From a virus (lineage: Duplodnaviria; Caudoviricetes): a stretch of 24,558 bases of DNA. This document shows positions 1 to 8,049 of the stretch, piece by piece. Each line of letters begins with the position of its first letter. Position 1 is the first letter of the stretch. Both the position numbers and the translations under genes were made by a program. The notes under the pieces are model-generated. The model ran no database searches, was not told the DNA's origin, and worked only from the letters and a program-made list of their open reading frames with translations. The stretch spans positions 1 through 24,558 of the IMG/VR virus record IMGVR_UViG_3300044820_000185. One strand, 5' to 3'.

Positions 1-43
1 CCGGTGCTTCAGCAGATCTACGCCAGCACCCAGCCATAAGATT

Positions 44-421
44 ATGCTACACTCCTATAATCAGTCCTACATTACGAGCGGCGGCCAGTTTAGCCTGCAG
101 GTCGCTGTCACCGGAAACGGCGAAGCGAATAACGATACTGCGCTCTCGCCGGGCGCGACCAATGTCCAGGTTGTATATACGCTGGTCCGATCGCAGATAA
201 AGTCGCTATGCCTCTCATGCACCGGCGACTGCACGATCAAAACCAACTCGAGCGGGTCACCCGCGGATACCATCACGCTCGTCGCAGGTGTGCCACTTTT
301 TTTCCCGACCAATGCGGCGGCGACTGCAGTCGGCGCGATTCATAGCGCGGACGTCACATCGCTCTATCTGAGCAGCACGGCCGGCGGCACATTCAGCATC
401 CGCGCGTGCCTGCAGCAATAG
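44..421 (+). CDS. Hypothetical protein, Ser/Thr/Gly/Ala-rich and beta-strand-like; possibly virion-associated
   Basis: 125-aa ORF starting 4 nt after an upstream TAA (37-39), co-oriented with the late operon. Confidence 0.65.
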   Translation: MLHSYNQSYITSGGQFSLQVAVTGNGEANNDTALSPGATNVQVVYTLVRSQIKSLCLSCTGDCTIKTNSSGSPADTITLVAGVPLFFPTNAAATAVGAIHSADVTSLYLSSTAGGTFSIRACLQQ

Positions 422-465
422 ACTAGGACAACGCCGCGCGGCGCGTTGACTCCGCGCGGTTTCCA

Positions 466-657
466 GTGAACGAGCTGACCACATTCACCGATGAACGTAT
501 GAGGGATACGCTTCAGACCGTCGTTCCCACCGGCGCCTGCCTCGCGTTCGTGAACCTGGTCGGGCTCGAGGTAATCCTCCAGATCTTGCTCATCTTGACA
601 ACCATCGCCTATACAATCTGGCGGTGGCGGCGCGATGCGCGGAAAGCGCGCTCATGA
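466..657 (+). CDS. Small membrane protein, holin-like
   Basis: Hydrophobic core (ACLAFVNLVGLEVILQILLILTTIAYTIW) followed by a basic tail (RWRRDARKARS). ATGA overlap with the next gene. Confidence 0.65.
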   Translation: MNELTTFTDERMRDTLQTVVPTGACLAFVNLVGLEVILQILLILTTIAYTIWRWRRDARKARS

Positions 658-884
658 GCACCGGCAAAATAGCCTGGGTCCACGGTCTGGGTGCTGCCTT
701 CATCGGCGGCGCTGCGGGCGCCCTCGAGGCCGGGCTGGTTCTCATCGTCATGGCCCCGGACAAGTTCAACCTGGGCAAGGACCTGGTCCGCACGCTCGGA
801 ACGGTCGCGGTGTTCGCCGTGCTCTCCGGAGTGAAGCTCGCCGCGGCGTACCTCAAACAATCACCCCTCCCAGCCCAATCCTGA
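654..884 (+). CDS. Holin-like two-TM membrane protein
   Basis: ATG at 654 overlaps the previous stop (ATGA). Two hydrophobic segments are separated by PDKFNLGKD. The C-terminus is YLKQSPLP. Confidence 0.7.
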   Translation: MSTGKIAWVHGLGAAFIGGAAGALEAGLVLIVMAPDKFNLGKDLVRTLGTVAVFAVLSGVKLAAAYLKQSPLPAQS

Positions 885-885
885 T

Positions 886-1401
886 ATGACACCCCGATAC
901 AAATCCCTTTGGTCCATCACCATCCTGAGCGTCGCCCTGGTCGCATGCACCGCGGCCTGGTCCGGCTGCACCAAATCCACCGTCACCACGCAGGGCCCGA
1001 CCGGCGCACCGGTGAGCACCACGACATACACCGTGGACCAGAACGCCCTCGACCTGGTCGCGGCCGGCCTCAAGGTCTCGGTCAAGACCACGGCCGTCAT
1101 CATCATGCAGAAGAACGCGAGCACGGTGCAGTACTTCCAGGCGGCCGACGTGGCGCTCAGTGCCGCGCTCGATTCCGGATCGTACGACACCAAGACTCTG
1201 GAGGGGGCGCTTAACGTGGTTCACATTCCGGGAAACAACGACACCCTCATCAAATCCGCGATTGGCGACATCCTGGATGTCTACGCCGCGACCGAAGGCA
1301 CCGCTGTTTCCAAGGGCATCGACAAGGTGGCCTGGCTGGCCTCCGGCTTGACGGCCGTCCAGCAGGGAATTCATTCCGCGCTGGCTATCCAGAATCCGTA
1401 A
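886..1401 (+). CDS. Predicted lipoprotein in the lysis module
   Basis: Basic N-terminus, hydrophobic stretch and lipobox-like LVAC / WSGC, then a Thr-rich linker and a helical domain. Confidence 0.75.
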   Translation: MTPRYKSLWSITILSVALVACTAAWSGCTKSTVTTQGPTGAPVSTTTYTVDQNALDLVAAGLKVSVKTTAVIIMQKNASTVQYFQAADVALSAALDSGSYDTKTLEGALNVVHIPGNNDTLIKSAIGDILDVYAATEGTAVSKGIDKVAWLASGLTAVQQGIHSALAIQNP

Positions 1402-1406
1402 TCACC

Positions 1407-1655
1407 ATGCACTACAAAAACGGCAGAGAGGCAAAGAGCGGCGACCCAGTCATCGGCAAGTTCGGATATCCGCCGAAGCTGGAGATCGGTGTGATCCATT
1501 CGCTGAATGCGGATTATACCACCTGCAACTGCAGCATGGCTGTCATTATGCCCGGCGCGGTCGCAAATACATGCGTCACGGTCGGTGAGCTCTACCACGC
1601 TGAGGATGCCTTCGGCGCCATGGAAGAGACGCAACCGCCGGAGCGCATCTCCTAA
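1407..1655 (+). CDS. Small hypothetical phage protein (MHYKNGREAKxGD N-terminus)
   Basis: 82-aa ORF tightly packed in the operon with a protein-like composition. Confidence 0.7.
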   Translation: MHYKNGREAKSGDPVIGKFGYPPKLEIGVIHSLNADYTTCNCSMAVIMPGAVANTCVTVGELYHAEDAFGAMEETQPPERIS

Positions 1656-1691
1656 AAGTCTGTCAGCTTTTTGAGCTGACACCCATCGGCA

Positions 1692-1895
1692 ATGGGCGTC
1701 ATCGCCCTCATTTCGAATGCGTTTGCCGCGACCAAGGAAATCTTTGGCTACGCGAGCAAGCGCACCGACTTGAAAAACACGGCTCCGATGGAGCAGGCCG
1801 CGGAGGCCAAGACCGAGGCCCAGGCCCTGGCCAAGACCAACGCGGCGATCGCCAAGGGCGACATCGAGGAGGTTCGAAATGAGCTTGCCGAATAA
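1692..1895 (+). CDS. Possible i-spanin-like (Rz-like) small helical protein
   Basis: Short hydrophobic N-terminus and an Ala/Glu/Lys-rich helix. It overlaps a downstream lipoprotein gene by 17 nt. Confidence 0.5.
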   Translation: MGVIALISNAFAATKEIFGYASKRTDLKNTAPMEQAAEAKTEAQALAKTNAAIAKGDIEEVRNELAE

Positions 1896-2283
1896 AGCCG
1901 ACCGCAAGACCACAATCCTGTTTTGCCTCCTGCTGGTGACCGCCGTGGTGGTGATTGTGGCGGTCGGCCTGTGTGGCTGCACCAGCACCGTCGCCCCCAA
2001 GCTCGCCGGCGAGACCCAGGCAAGCTGGGACGGCACCAACCAGAACAGCGGTATCATCGGCCTGACCGTCGACCACCAAGCCATCATCACGCTGCATGCC
2101 AGCGACCGTTACAACGGGCTCATCACCATCTACGGCGCCCGGTTCAACCCGCGCCTGGTCCCCGACGCCGGATTGACCCGCGTTGGGAACGGCGGCACGT
2201 GCATCATGGACGCCCAGCACCTGGCGTATTTCGCCACCATGCAGCGCTGGGCCCGCCAGGCCAAACCGGTTTGGACCCAATGA
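1879..2283 (+). CDS. Lipoprotein, possible o-spanin-like (Rz1-like)
   Basis: Hydrophobic leader ending in the lipobox LCGC. It overlaps the preceding gene and is the last convincing gene before attP. Confidence 0.6.
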   Translation: MSLPNKADRKTTILFCLLLVTAVVVIVAVGLCGCTSTVAPKLAGETQASWDGTNQNSGIIGLTVDHQAIITLHASDRYNGLITIYGARFNPRLVPDAGLTRVGNGGTCIMDAQHLAYFATMQRWARQAKPVWTQ

Positions 2284-2562
2284 ACCCTCGATACGGCAGA
2301 AATTCCCCGCGCCTGGCTTGCGGCCTGGTCGCCATCCATGACATGCCCCGGCCGCCGGTAAGCGTCACCGCCCCCGCTGCCTGGATGCCCCAGGAGCGGC
2401 CGGTCGCGGCTCCCGCTGTCGCCACCCGCTGTGCCCTTCAATCGCCTTCCCAGCCGCCAGCGGCGAGCAGTGTTGAGCGGTAGTATATTGCCGGTAGTAA
2501 GATATTCCTGGGGGGAATAATCCTCTGTCCAACAAGCCCGGTCGGTGACCCTTATTTCACAC

Positions 2563-2848
2563 TCGTGACAACTCTGTCACGACAGCCGCCCGAAGTTCCA
2601 CGTGGAATCCACACGGGCAATTCGTGACAAATCATGACAACTTTTTGCGCCTCAGTGTCCATCTATGAGGATGCGCCATCCTCTGACCCCTCTCTGTCGG
2701 ACCCCGTCGACGCCCCCAATCCACCGATGGGATCGAGGGGTTTTGATGCTCTGAAAAAGGGTCGCGCCAGGGATTCGAACCCTGTATCGCGCACCAGTTT
2801 TACCGAGTCGGAATGAGGGTCGCCCAAAAATCGTGACAGAAAATGACA
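2563..2848. other. attP region with integrase arm-type repeats
   Basis: TCGTGACA at 2563, 2622 and 2831. Its inverse TGTCACGA is at 2575. Variants TCATGACA (2632) and AAATGACA (2841) form 10-bp-spaced tandem pairs on both sides of the tRNA-derived core, next to the 3' end of the integrase. Confidence 0.8.
2774..2796 (+). other. att core: 3' fragment of a tRNA gene (T-loop to CCA), probably tRNA-Val; not a complete tRNA
   Basis: TTCGAAC-CCTGT-ATCGCGC-A-CCA corresponds to T-loop, 3' T-stem, 3' acceptor strand, discriminator A and CCA. No D or anticodon arm lies upstream. Confidence 0.85.
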
Positions 2849-3107
2849 GGAAAGGGCAGGGGCGGTCGGGGCAGGGGACCCGGAGGGGCTAAAGCGACAG
2901 AGGCTATGCACCTGTAGCGCTCAGCGTAAAACTCGCCTCGACAGCGCGCAAAACCTCAACCGTCGCCTCGGCCTGCAGCGCTCGCAGTTTAGCCAGGATG
3001 GCGGGGTCCGCCAGGAGTCTCCCATGGGCAAGGGCCATCGCATACTCCCGTTGGGGCCTGGTGAGTTCGACCCTGCCGTCGATCCCGATCCGGACCTCGC
3101 TGAAAGG

Positions 3108-3121
3108 GGAACAATTGTTCC
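3108..3121. repeat. Palindrome GGAACAATTGTTCC, copy 1 (between attP and the integrase stop)
   Basis: Perfect 14-bp palindrome, identical to the copies at 8743, 13994 and 23018. Confidence 0.95.
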
Positions 3122-3168
3122 GCGCAGCACATGAAAGACGGCACGCTTAAGCCTGGGGCACGTATAGC

Positions 3169-4536
3169 TCAGCGCCCGGCCGCGGCGGCGAAGAGGGGGA
3201 GCTGGATGATGTCGGCGCTGTGGGGCCAGATCGCAAACCAGCGCTTGCCCTCGGCGGCGGGGAGCGGGCGGCTGTAGTACTGCTTGATTACCTGCGGGGA
3301 GTTGCCGGCCTCTTCGGCTACCTGGGCGATGTTCTGGGTGACCGCCTTGCGATAGGAGATGTAGGATTTCCGGAGGACATTGTGGGTCTCGTTCTCGCCG
3401 GAGGGGATCCCCGCGGCTTTCTTGATCTTGGTGATGGCGCCGCTCACCTGGTGCATCTTCACCACCGGCCCATTCTCGCGCGCGTAGGAGCGCAGCCAGG
3501 CGGCCAGGTTCTCGCTGATCGGCACCGTGCGGTCTCGGCCGGTCTTGGCGATGCCCTTGGAAATGTAGATGTAGCTCTCGCCCAGATGGACGTCGCGCCA
3601 GTCGAGGCGCACAACCTCGATGTGCCGGACGCCGGCGAAGCCCTGGATGCAGAGGAAGGGGATCAAGCTCGCGTGCGCGCGGCCGCATTGCTCGGCCGTC
3701 TGGCGGGCGTTGAGCATCGCGGCAAACTGGGCCGGCCGCAGAATCTGGGTATCGGTCTGGGGAACCTTGATCCGCTCGATGCGCTCAACTTCGTCCCATG
3801 TCTTGGGCACATGGCCGTTGCGCAGGGCCCAGCGGCAGAGCTGCACCACCTTGGCGCGGTAATTGTCTTTGGTGCGCGGGGCCAGGGCCAGGCCCGCGAC
3901 CCAGGAGTTGATCTGGCCGGCGGTGACCATGTGCAGCGGGCAGGTGAACTGCTTGGCAAACTCGATGAGCGCGGTGGAGAGCGTGACGTAGCTGGTGTGC
4001 TTGATCGAGCGCTCGCGGGAGGCAACGTAGAGGTCCACGAGCTTTGGGAGCGGCCGCGGCTTGTAGCCGGCCGGGTGGGCGTCGAGGTAATGCTTCACGC
4101 AGTCCTCCGGCGAAACATCTTTGAGCGCGAGGCGCATCTGCACATACTTGGCCACCGCGAGCTCGATCGGTTCGCCAAGGGGATAGAGCAGTTCCAGGCA
4201 GCGGGTGTAGCTTGCCCAGTCGGCCTCGGTGACCTGGCTGGCGGCCGTCCGGATGTTGGCCAACTTGGTCGCCTGGTCCTTCGCGCATTTTTCAGCCGAT
4301 TTCCAGTCCGATCGCGTGGTGCGCCGGCGCGGGCCGTCGGCGGAATCGCGCCAGGCGACGGTGTATGGCCCGGGTGCGCGGCCGTAAATGAGCACCACGG
4401 CGGAGCCCACCTTGACCTCCTTGGGAGGATTGGCGTCGCGCGGAGCGGGAACTCGGTCGCCGCCGTCGACGGTGACGCGCGGCTGTCGGCCGGTGGTGTC
4501 GACGATGAAGCGCGGTGTGGCAATGGGTTTGTTCAT
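3169..4536 (-). CDS. int: Tyrosine recombinase / phage integrase
   Basis: Catalytic motifs GVRHIE (R), IAKTG (K), HNVLRKS (HxxR) and AGNSPQVIKQYY (Y). The start is placed at ATG 4536 (MNKPIAT) to avoid overlap with the upstream gene. Confidence 0.93.
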   Translation of the reverse strand: MNKPIATPRFIVDTTGRQPRVTVDGGDRVPAPRDANPPKEVKVGSAVVLIYGRAPGPYTVAWRDSADGPRRRTTRSDWKSAEKCAKDQATKLANIRTAASQVTEADWASYTRCLELLYPLGEPIELAVAKYVQMRLALKDVSPEDCVKHYLDAHPAGYKPRPLPKLVDLYVASRERSIKHTSYVTLSTALIEFAKQFTCPLHMVTAGQINSWVAGLALAPRTKDNYRAKVVQLCRWALRNGHVPKTWDEVERIERIKVPQTDTQILRPAQFAAMLNARQTAEQCGRAHASLIPFLCIQGFAGVRHIEVVRLDWRDVHLGESYIYISKGIAKTGRDRTVPISENLAAWLRSYARENGPVVKMHQVSGAITKIKKAAGIPSGENETHNVLRKSYISYRKAVTQNIAQVAEEAGNSPQVIKQYYSRPLPAAEGKRWFAIWPHSADIIQLPLFAAAAGR

Positions 4537-4553
4537 GGGGAGAAGGGGGCTAT

Positions 4554-4967
4554 CTACAATCCTAGTGCCTTGCGAGCGATGGGGGAGTCCAGGGGGATAA
4601 TCGATGATCCGCCGCAGACCGGGCAGGTATAGCGCTGGCTGGATAATCTCCAGATGCTGTAGATCAGACCTGGGACAATGAACATCAGCCAAAGGATCAA
4701 CTCGATTCCGAAGCTGCCTTGCGTATTCCATTGCGGCCTTCCAACCGCTCCGCATTGGGTGCAATACTTAGATCTACTCGGATAGGTTCGAATTTGCGGC
4801 GGTGGATTTTCCGGAGGCGGTGGCGGCTCATTTCGGGGAGTCGCATAAAGGATGGTGTCCATCGAACAAAGAGGACAGGAGATAGTCTCGCCCGCGCGGC
4901 CTGGTTCGAATTCGATGAGTCCGCTGCAGACGTTGCAACGGCATTGGATAGGAGCTTCTGTTTTCAT
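4554..4967 (-). CDS. Zn-ribbon membrane protein in the immunity operon
   Basis: CNVC..CPLC, a Pro-rich linker, then CTQC / hydrophobic hairpin (GSFGIELILWLMFIVPGLIYSIW) / CPVC. Confidence 0.8.
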   Translation of the reverse strand: MKTEAPIQCRCNVCSGLIEFEPGRAGETISCPLCSMDTILYATPRNEPPPPPENPPPQIRTYPSRSKYCTQCGAVGRPQWNTQGSFGIELILWLMFIVPGLIYSIWRLSSQRYTCPVCGGSSIIPLDSPIARKALGL

Positions 4968-5001
4968 GATGGAAACCCGGGGAAAAATTGTTGCAATGAG
5001 A

Positions 5002-5331
5002 TTATGCGGCCTTTTTCTTTCGGCCGACCGGGGACGCTGCCTCCTTTGGTGCTTCGGCGGCCTGGCTCGATTGACCCGCCGGGGAAGGGTATGATATTGG
5101 CAAACCAGCCTTGCCTTCCGTGGCTTGCGGCCGGATGCCCAGGCTGGATAAGTTTCGGGGCGATGCTTCAATCGCGGCCTCCAAACTCCCAATGCCAATG
5201 TTCATGGCCATCCTCATCACAGTGCTGCGAGGTTCTCCAATCCCTTTAGAAACAGCGTCGATTCTCTTAAGCAGATCCGGCGGAAGCTTCACGGGAATTG
5301 GCTTCGAATAGGGGACGCGGTTTTGTTTCAC
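5002..5331 (-). CDS. Ribbon-helix-helix (CopG/Arc-like) regulator in the repressor position
   Basis: KPIPVKLPPDLLKRIDAVSKGIGEPRSTVMRMAM fits the beta-strand/helix/G-x-x-R-S/helix RHH pattern. It is co-oriented with int. Confidence 0.8.
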   Translation of the reverse strand: MKQNRVPYSKPIPVKLPPDLLKRIDAVSKGIGEPRSTVMRMAMNIGIGSLEAAIEASPRNLSSLGIRPQATEGKAGLPISYPSPAGQSSQAAEAPKEAASPVGRKKKAA

Positions 5332-5373
5332 GGTACCGTTTTACGCCCTTCGCTTTTTTTTGCAAGTTTTATG

Positions 5374-5403
5374 TTGACGATGGTATACAACTATTATACC
5401 ATC
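5374..5403 (+). promoter_or_regulatory. Sigma70-type early promoter with an overlapping operator
   Basis: TTGACG (5374-79), 17 bp, TACCAT (5397-5402). Inverted repeat GATGGTATA-N7-TATACCATC at 5379-5403. Confidence 0.75.
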
Positions 5404-5409
5404 ACAACC

Positions 5410-5604
5410 ATGAGCAGAAAACGAATCAAAACCGAGGGGGCGCTTGTGATACCCCTTCGGGTTCCTGTTGATATGCACGCGCGGATCCGGAAGCTCTCTG
5501 ATCAGGCCCGGCTGAGCGATGCGGACATCATGAGGATGTCCATCGAGCGCGGTATTACTCGCGTTGAGGAAATGTTCCGCAAGCCGGAAACCCAGGCAGC
5601 CTGA
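5410..5604 (+). CDS. Ribbon-helix-helix regulator in the Cro position
   Basis: VIPLRVPVDMHARIRKLSDQARLSDADIMRMSIERG fits the RHH pattern. It is the first gene of the rightward early operon. Confidence 0.8.
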   Translation: MSRKRIKTEGALVIPLRVPVDMHARIRKLSDQARLSDADIMRMSIERGITRVEEMFRKPETQAA

Positions 5605-5628
5605 CGCTGCCGCATCCCAGCAAACCCA

Positions 5629-6042
5629 ATGAATGCTACCAGTGAGGTAGTTCCGTCCCTGTGTCCGGTGAACGAACCGCCGGCTCCCGTGAACGCGGCG
5701 GCCCGTTCCGTGAACGCGTCGATCGAGCCGGCCGCTCCCATCCAGATCAAGGTGCACGTGCGTGTTGAGGGGGGGAGATGGCTATCGAATGCGAACGCGA
5801 ATCGGATCCTTTGCCGTTCCACCAGGCCCACTGATCGTCATGGAAACCAGCTCAGGCCCGGCCAGGAGCCTTATTACCAATGCTGGCGGATCCACAAAGA
5901 GGCCAAGGGCTACATTTTTTACGAGGTCTCTCACGGCGGCGGCATTTGCGGGCACCACAAGAGCGTGCGGGCTCTCGTCCTCGCCACCTGCTACGGGCTG
6001 TTCGACTATCGCTCGGATCTGCGCGTGGAGGTGTTGCCGTGA
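5629..6042 (+). CDS. Hypothetical early protein
   Basis: 137-aa ORF with a GTGA overlap to the next gene. Confidence 0.6.
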   Translation: MNATSEVVPSLCPVNEPPAPVNAAARSVNASIEPAAPIQIKVHVRVEGGRWLSNANANRILCRSTRPTDRHGNQLRPGQEPYYQCWRIHKEAKGYIFYEVSHGGGICGHHKSVRALVLATCYGLFDYRSDLRVEVLP

Positions 6043-6425
6043 GCCTTCCAATCATACACGGCCGGCACCTGCGAACTATCGACGCGCAGGTGCTCTACGA
6101 TTTTCTGGCTGGTGATGGGACGTGCGACATCGGGACTCGCGGGAATTTCGGGAGGAACCTGGTAGTGCTGCCGACATCCATCAATGACGCCTGGCTCATC
6201 AGCCCGCAGGAGTTCGAACGATTTGCCCGGATGGTGATGGATGGGCAGGGGAGAGAAGGCAGAGGTCAGAAGTCAGAAGTCAGAGGGTCAGAATCAATTT
6301 CCGCCGGGCCCGCTCTAAAATCCCCGGCGGCTGCAGAGGCGAGCCGTGCGCCGGAGGACTCCACACCAGTCCTGCCCCCGGCGCACGGCGTTACGTCGCC
6401 GCTGGCTCGGAAATCGTTTCCCTGA
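6039..6425 (+). CDS. Hypothetical early protein
   Basis: GTG start overlaps the previous stop. Globular-looking N-terminus and low-complexity tail. Confidence 0.55.
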   Translation: MSLPIIHGRHLRTIDAQVLYDFLAGDGTCDIGTRGNFGRNLVVLPTSINDAWLISPQEFERFARMVMDGQGREGRGQKSEVRGSESISAGPALKSPAAAEASRAPEDSTPVLPPAHGVTSPLARKSFP

Positions 6426-6432
6426 GCTGCCA

Positions 6433-6846
6433 ATGAACGGAACCCTCCAGGACGTGGCCGCGTTTTTCCGGGTGCACCCCAAGACGGTGCACCGCTGGAT
6501 TCACGAGGAGCCACCTCGGCTGACCCACTTCCGCCTGGGCCGGGCCATCCTGGTGGACGAGGAGGCGGTACTGGCGGCGGTGATGGGCGGCAGGGTAGGG
6601 AACACTCGCGGCGTGATCGGCGCGGACCGCGAGACGGTGCGGGGCCAGTGGCGGTCATTTGTCGCCGAGCGCAGGGGCAAACGCAGCGAGCGGGGCGGGG
6701 AGTCCACACAATCGGCGGACCTAAACCTCGCTTCGTCCGCTGCGTTTGCCTCTGCGGAGGCCATGGCCGCGATTGAGCTCCGGCTCGCCCGGCTCGAGGC
6801 GCTGCTGAATCCGCAGGGGCAGCTCACACTGACCCAGGGAGGTTAA
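6433..6846 (+). CDS. Excisionase-like (MerR-type/HTH_17) DNA-binding protein
   Basis: TLQDVAAFFRVHPKTVHRWI...LTHFRLGRAILVDEEAV is a typical Xis-like winged HTH. Confidence 0.8.
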   Translation: MNGTLQDVAAFFRVHPKTVHRWIHEEPPRLTHFRLGRAILVDEEAVLAAVMGGRVGNTRGVIGADRETVRGQWRSFVAERRGKRSERGGESTQSADLNLASSAAFASAEAMAAIELRLARLEALLNPQGQLTLTQGG

Positions 6847-6851
6847 CCCGT

Positions 6852-7064
6852 ATGATGAACGTAAACCCAAAGCCCCAAAAGCCGTGTGCCTGCACTCTGC
6901 GGCTGTATCCAATGCAACAGGGACTCAACCTGTGGGTCCATGGACACGTTAACAAGGTGGCGACGTTCGCCCGGCCGATGCCCTGGCAGATTCTGTCTGT
7001 GGTGCGGTCAGGTATAAAACTGACCAATGAGCTCTGTGCCCTGGCCGCCTGGGGCATGAACTGA
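6852..7064 (+). CDS. Hypothetical small protein
   Basis: Fills the gap between neighbouring genes. No recognisable motif. Confidence 0.4.
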   Translation: MMNVNPKPQKPCACTLRLYPMQQGLNLWVHGHVNKVATFARPMPWQILSVVRSGIKLTNELCALAAWGMN

Positions 7065-7068
7065 GGGC

Positions 7069-7350
7069 ATGTCCACCATCTCGTTCACAATGCCGCCGTC
7101 TCAATGCCCGTCCTGCGGCTATCGCACGGACCACGCGATGTGTCTTGAGGGCGAATCAAAGCCGACACCAGGCTGCCTCACGCTCTGCGTTGTCTGCGGT
7201 GAGGTAATCGTGATGGGCGCAGACCTGCGGTTAGCCCAGGCGACCATTGGAGATCTTCTCAAGCTGACGTCTCAGCAGCGCAAGCTGCTGTGGCGCGCCC
7301 AGCGAGCAATTAGGAGGCATCACGACCTAATGTTGCGCCAAGTCTACTGA
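7069..7350 (+). CDS. Zn-finger hypothetical protein
   Basis: CPSC and CVVC pairs. GAGGG lies upstream of the ATG. Confidence 0.65.
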   Translation: MSTISFTMPPSQCPSCGYRTDHAMCLEGESKPTPGCLTLCVVCGEVIVMGADLRLAQATIGDLLKLTSQQRKLLWRAQRAIRRHHDLMLRQVY

Positions 7351-7380
7351 CTCACTTTCCCGCGGGCATGACGCTCGCGG

Positions 7381-8034
7381 ATGACAGCAAACCCAAAACC
7401 CAAAATGAACGTGCATGTGCAACTCACCATCGACGAGCTCAAGGCTCGTGTCATCGATCTGCAGGACATGATCCAGCGCCTGGAATTCTGGGGCAGGGAT
7501 CGCAGTCTGGTCGCCACAGCGACCGCGATCTCTGGACCTGACCCGGTTGGACCGCCGGAGGTCCTGGTAGAAACGAGGCCCAGACAGTTGCCCGCGAAAC
7601 ACGCAAAAAGCGCTAAAGGGAAGGGAAGGAAAGCAGACATGGCCGGAACAGCGATTGACGCGATCAAATCGCTGGGAGAACCGTTCGGAGCAGCGGAGCT
7701 CGCAAAGCTCATCGGTGGGAGTCGGTCGGCGGCATCGAGCTTGATGTGGCGGCTGATGAAAAAGGGAGCGATCCGCAAGGTGGCGTTCGGAGCCTACGTG
7801 CGTGCCGAAGGCAAACACGCCGTTGTGATACCGCCCACGAAGCCCGCCAGGAACGGCGGTCGGCTTGCAATCCCCGGCCTAGATGAACTGGATGATCAGC
7901 AGAAATTGGACAAGGCTGAGAAGGACCTGGTCTCGGCAAAGGATGACGGGAATCACATGATGGTCAAAATCCTCACCGACAAGATCTCCACCCTGCGGCG
8001 CCGTTTGGGAGCGGAGCACGCGGCGGCGGCATAA
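7381..8034 (+). CDS. Winged-helix DNA-binding protein
   Basis: PFGAAELAKLIGGSRSAASSLMWRLMKKGAIRKVAFGAY is a wHTH pattern. Helical segments lie at both ends. The start could be 7405. Confidence 0.7.
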   Translation: MTANPKPKMNVHVQLTIDELKARVIDLQDMIQRLEFWGRDRSLVATATAISGPDPVGPPEVLVETRPRQLPAKHAKSAKGKGRKADMAGTAIDAIKSLGEPFGAAELAKLIGGSRSAASSLMWRLMKKGAIRKVAFGAYVRAEGKHAVVIPPTKPARNGGRLAIPGLDELDDQQKLDKAEKDLVSAKDDGNHMMVKILTDKISTLRRRLGAEHAAAA

Positions 8035-8049
8035 TGAGAAAGGCCAAAT

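Noticed and set aside
2280-2483. Small Pro/Ala-rich ORF after the spanin-like genes
   Set aside because: It is low-complexity with no features and is probably non-coding sequence leading into attP.
2720-2796. Full tRNA gene
   Set aside because: There is no 5' acceptor strand, D arm or anticodon arm. Only the 3' 23 nt match, consistent with an att core.
2904-3146. Protein-like minus-strand frame (SEVRIGIDGRVELTRPQREYAMALAHG...) downstream of int
   Set aside because: There is no start codon until late in the frame and no recognisable family. It may be a remnant but cannot be supported.
3220-4632. 470-aa + strand ORF, and the similar 17011..18183 ORF
   Set aside because: These are antisense shadows of the integrase and S49 genes and have no motifs of their own.
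4537-4764. Longer 531-aa integrase start
   Set aside because: It overlaps the convincing Zn-ribbon membrane gene by about 210 bp in another frame. ATG 4536 fits the operon packing.
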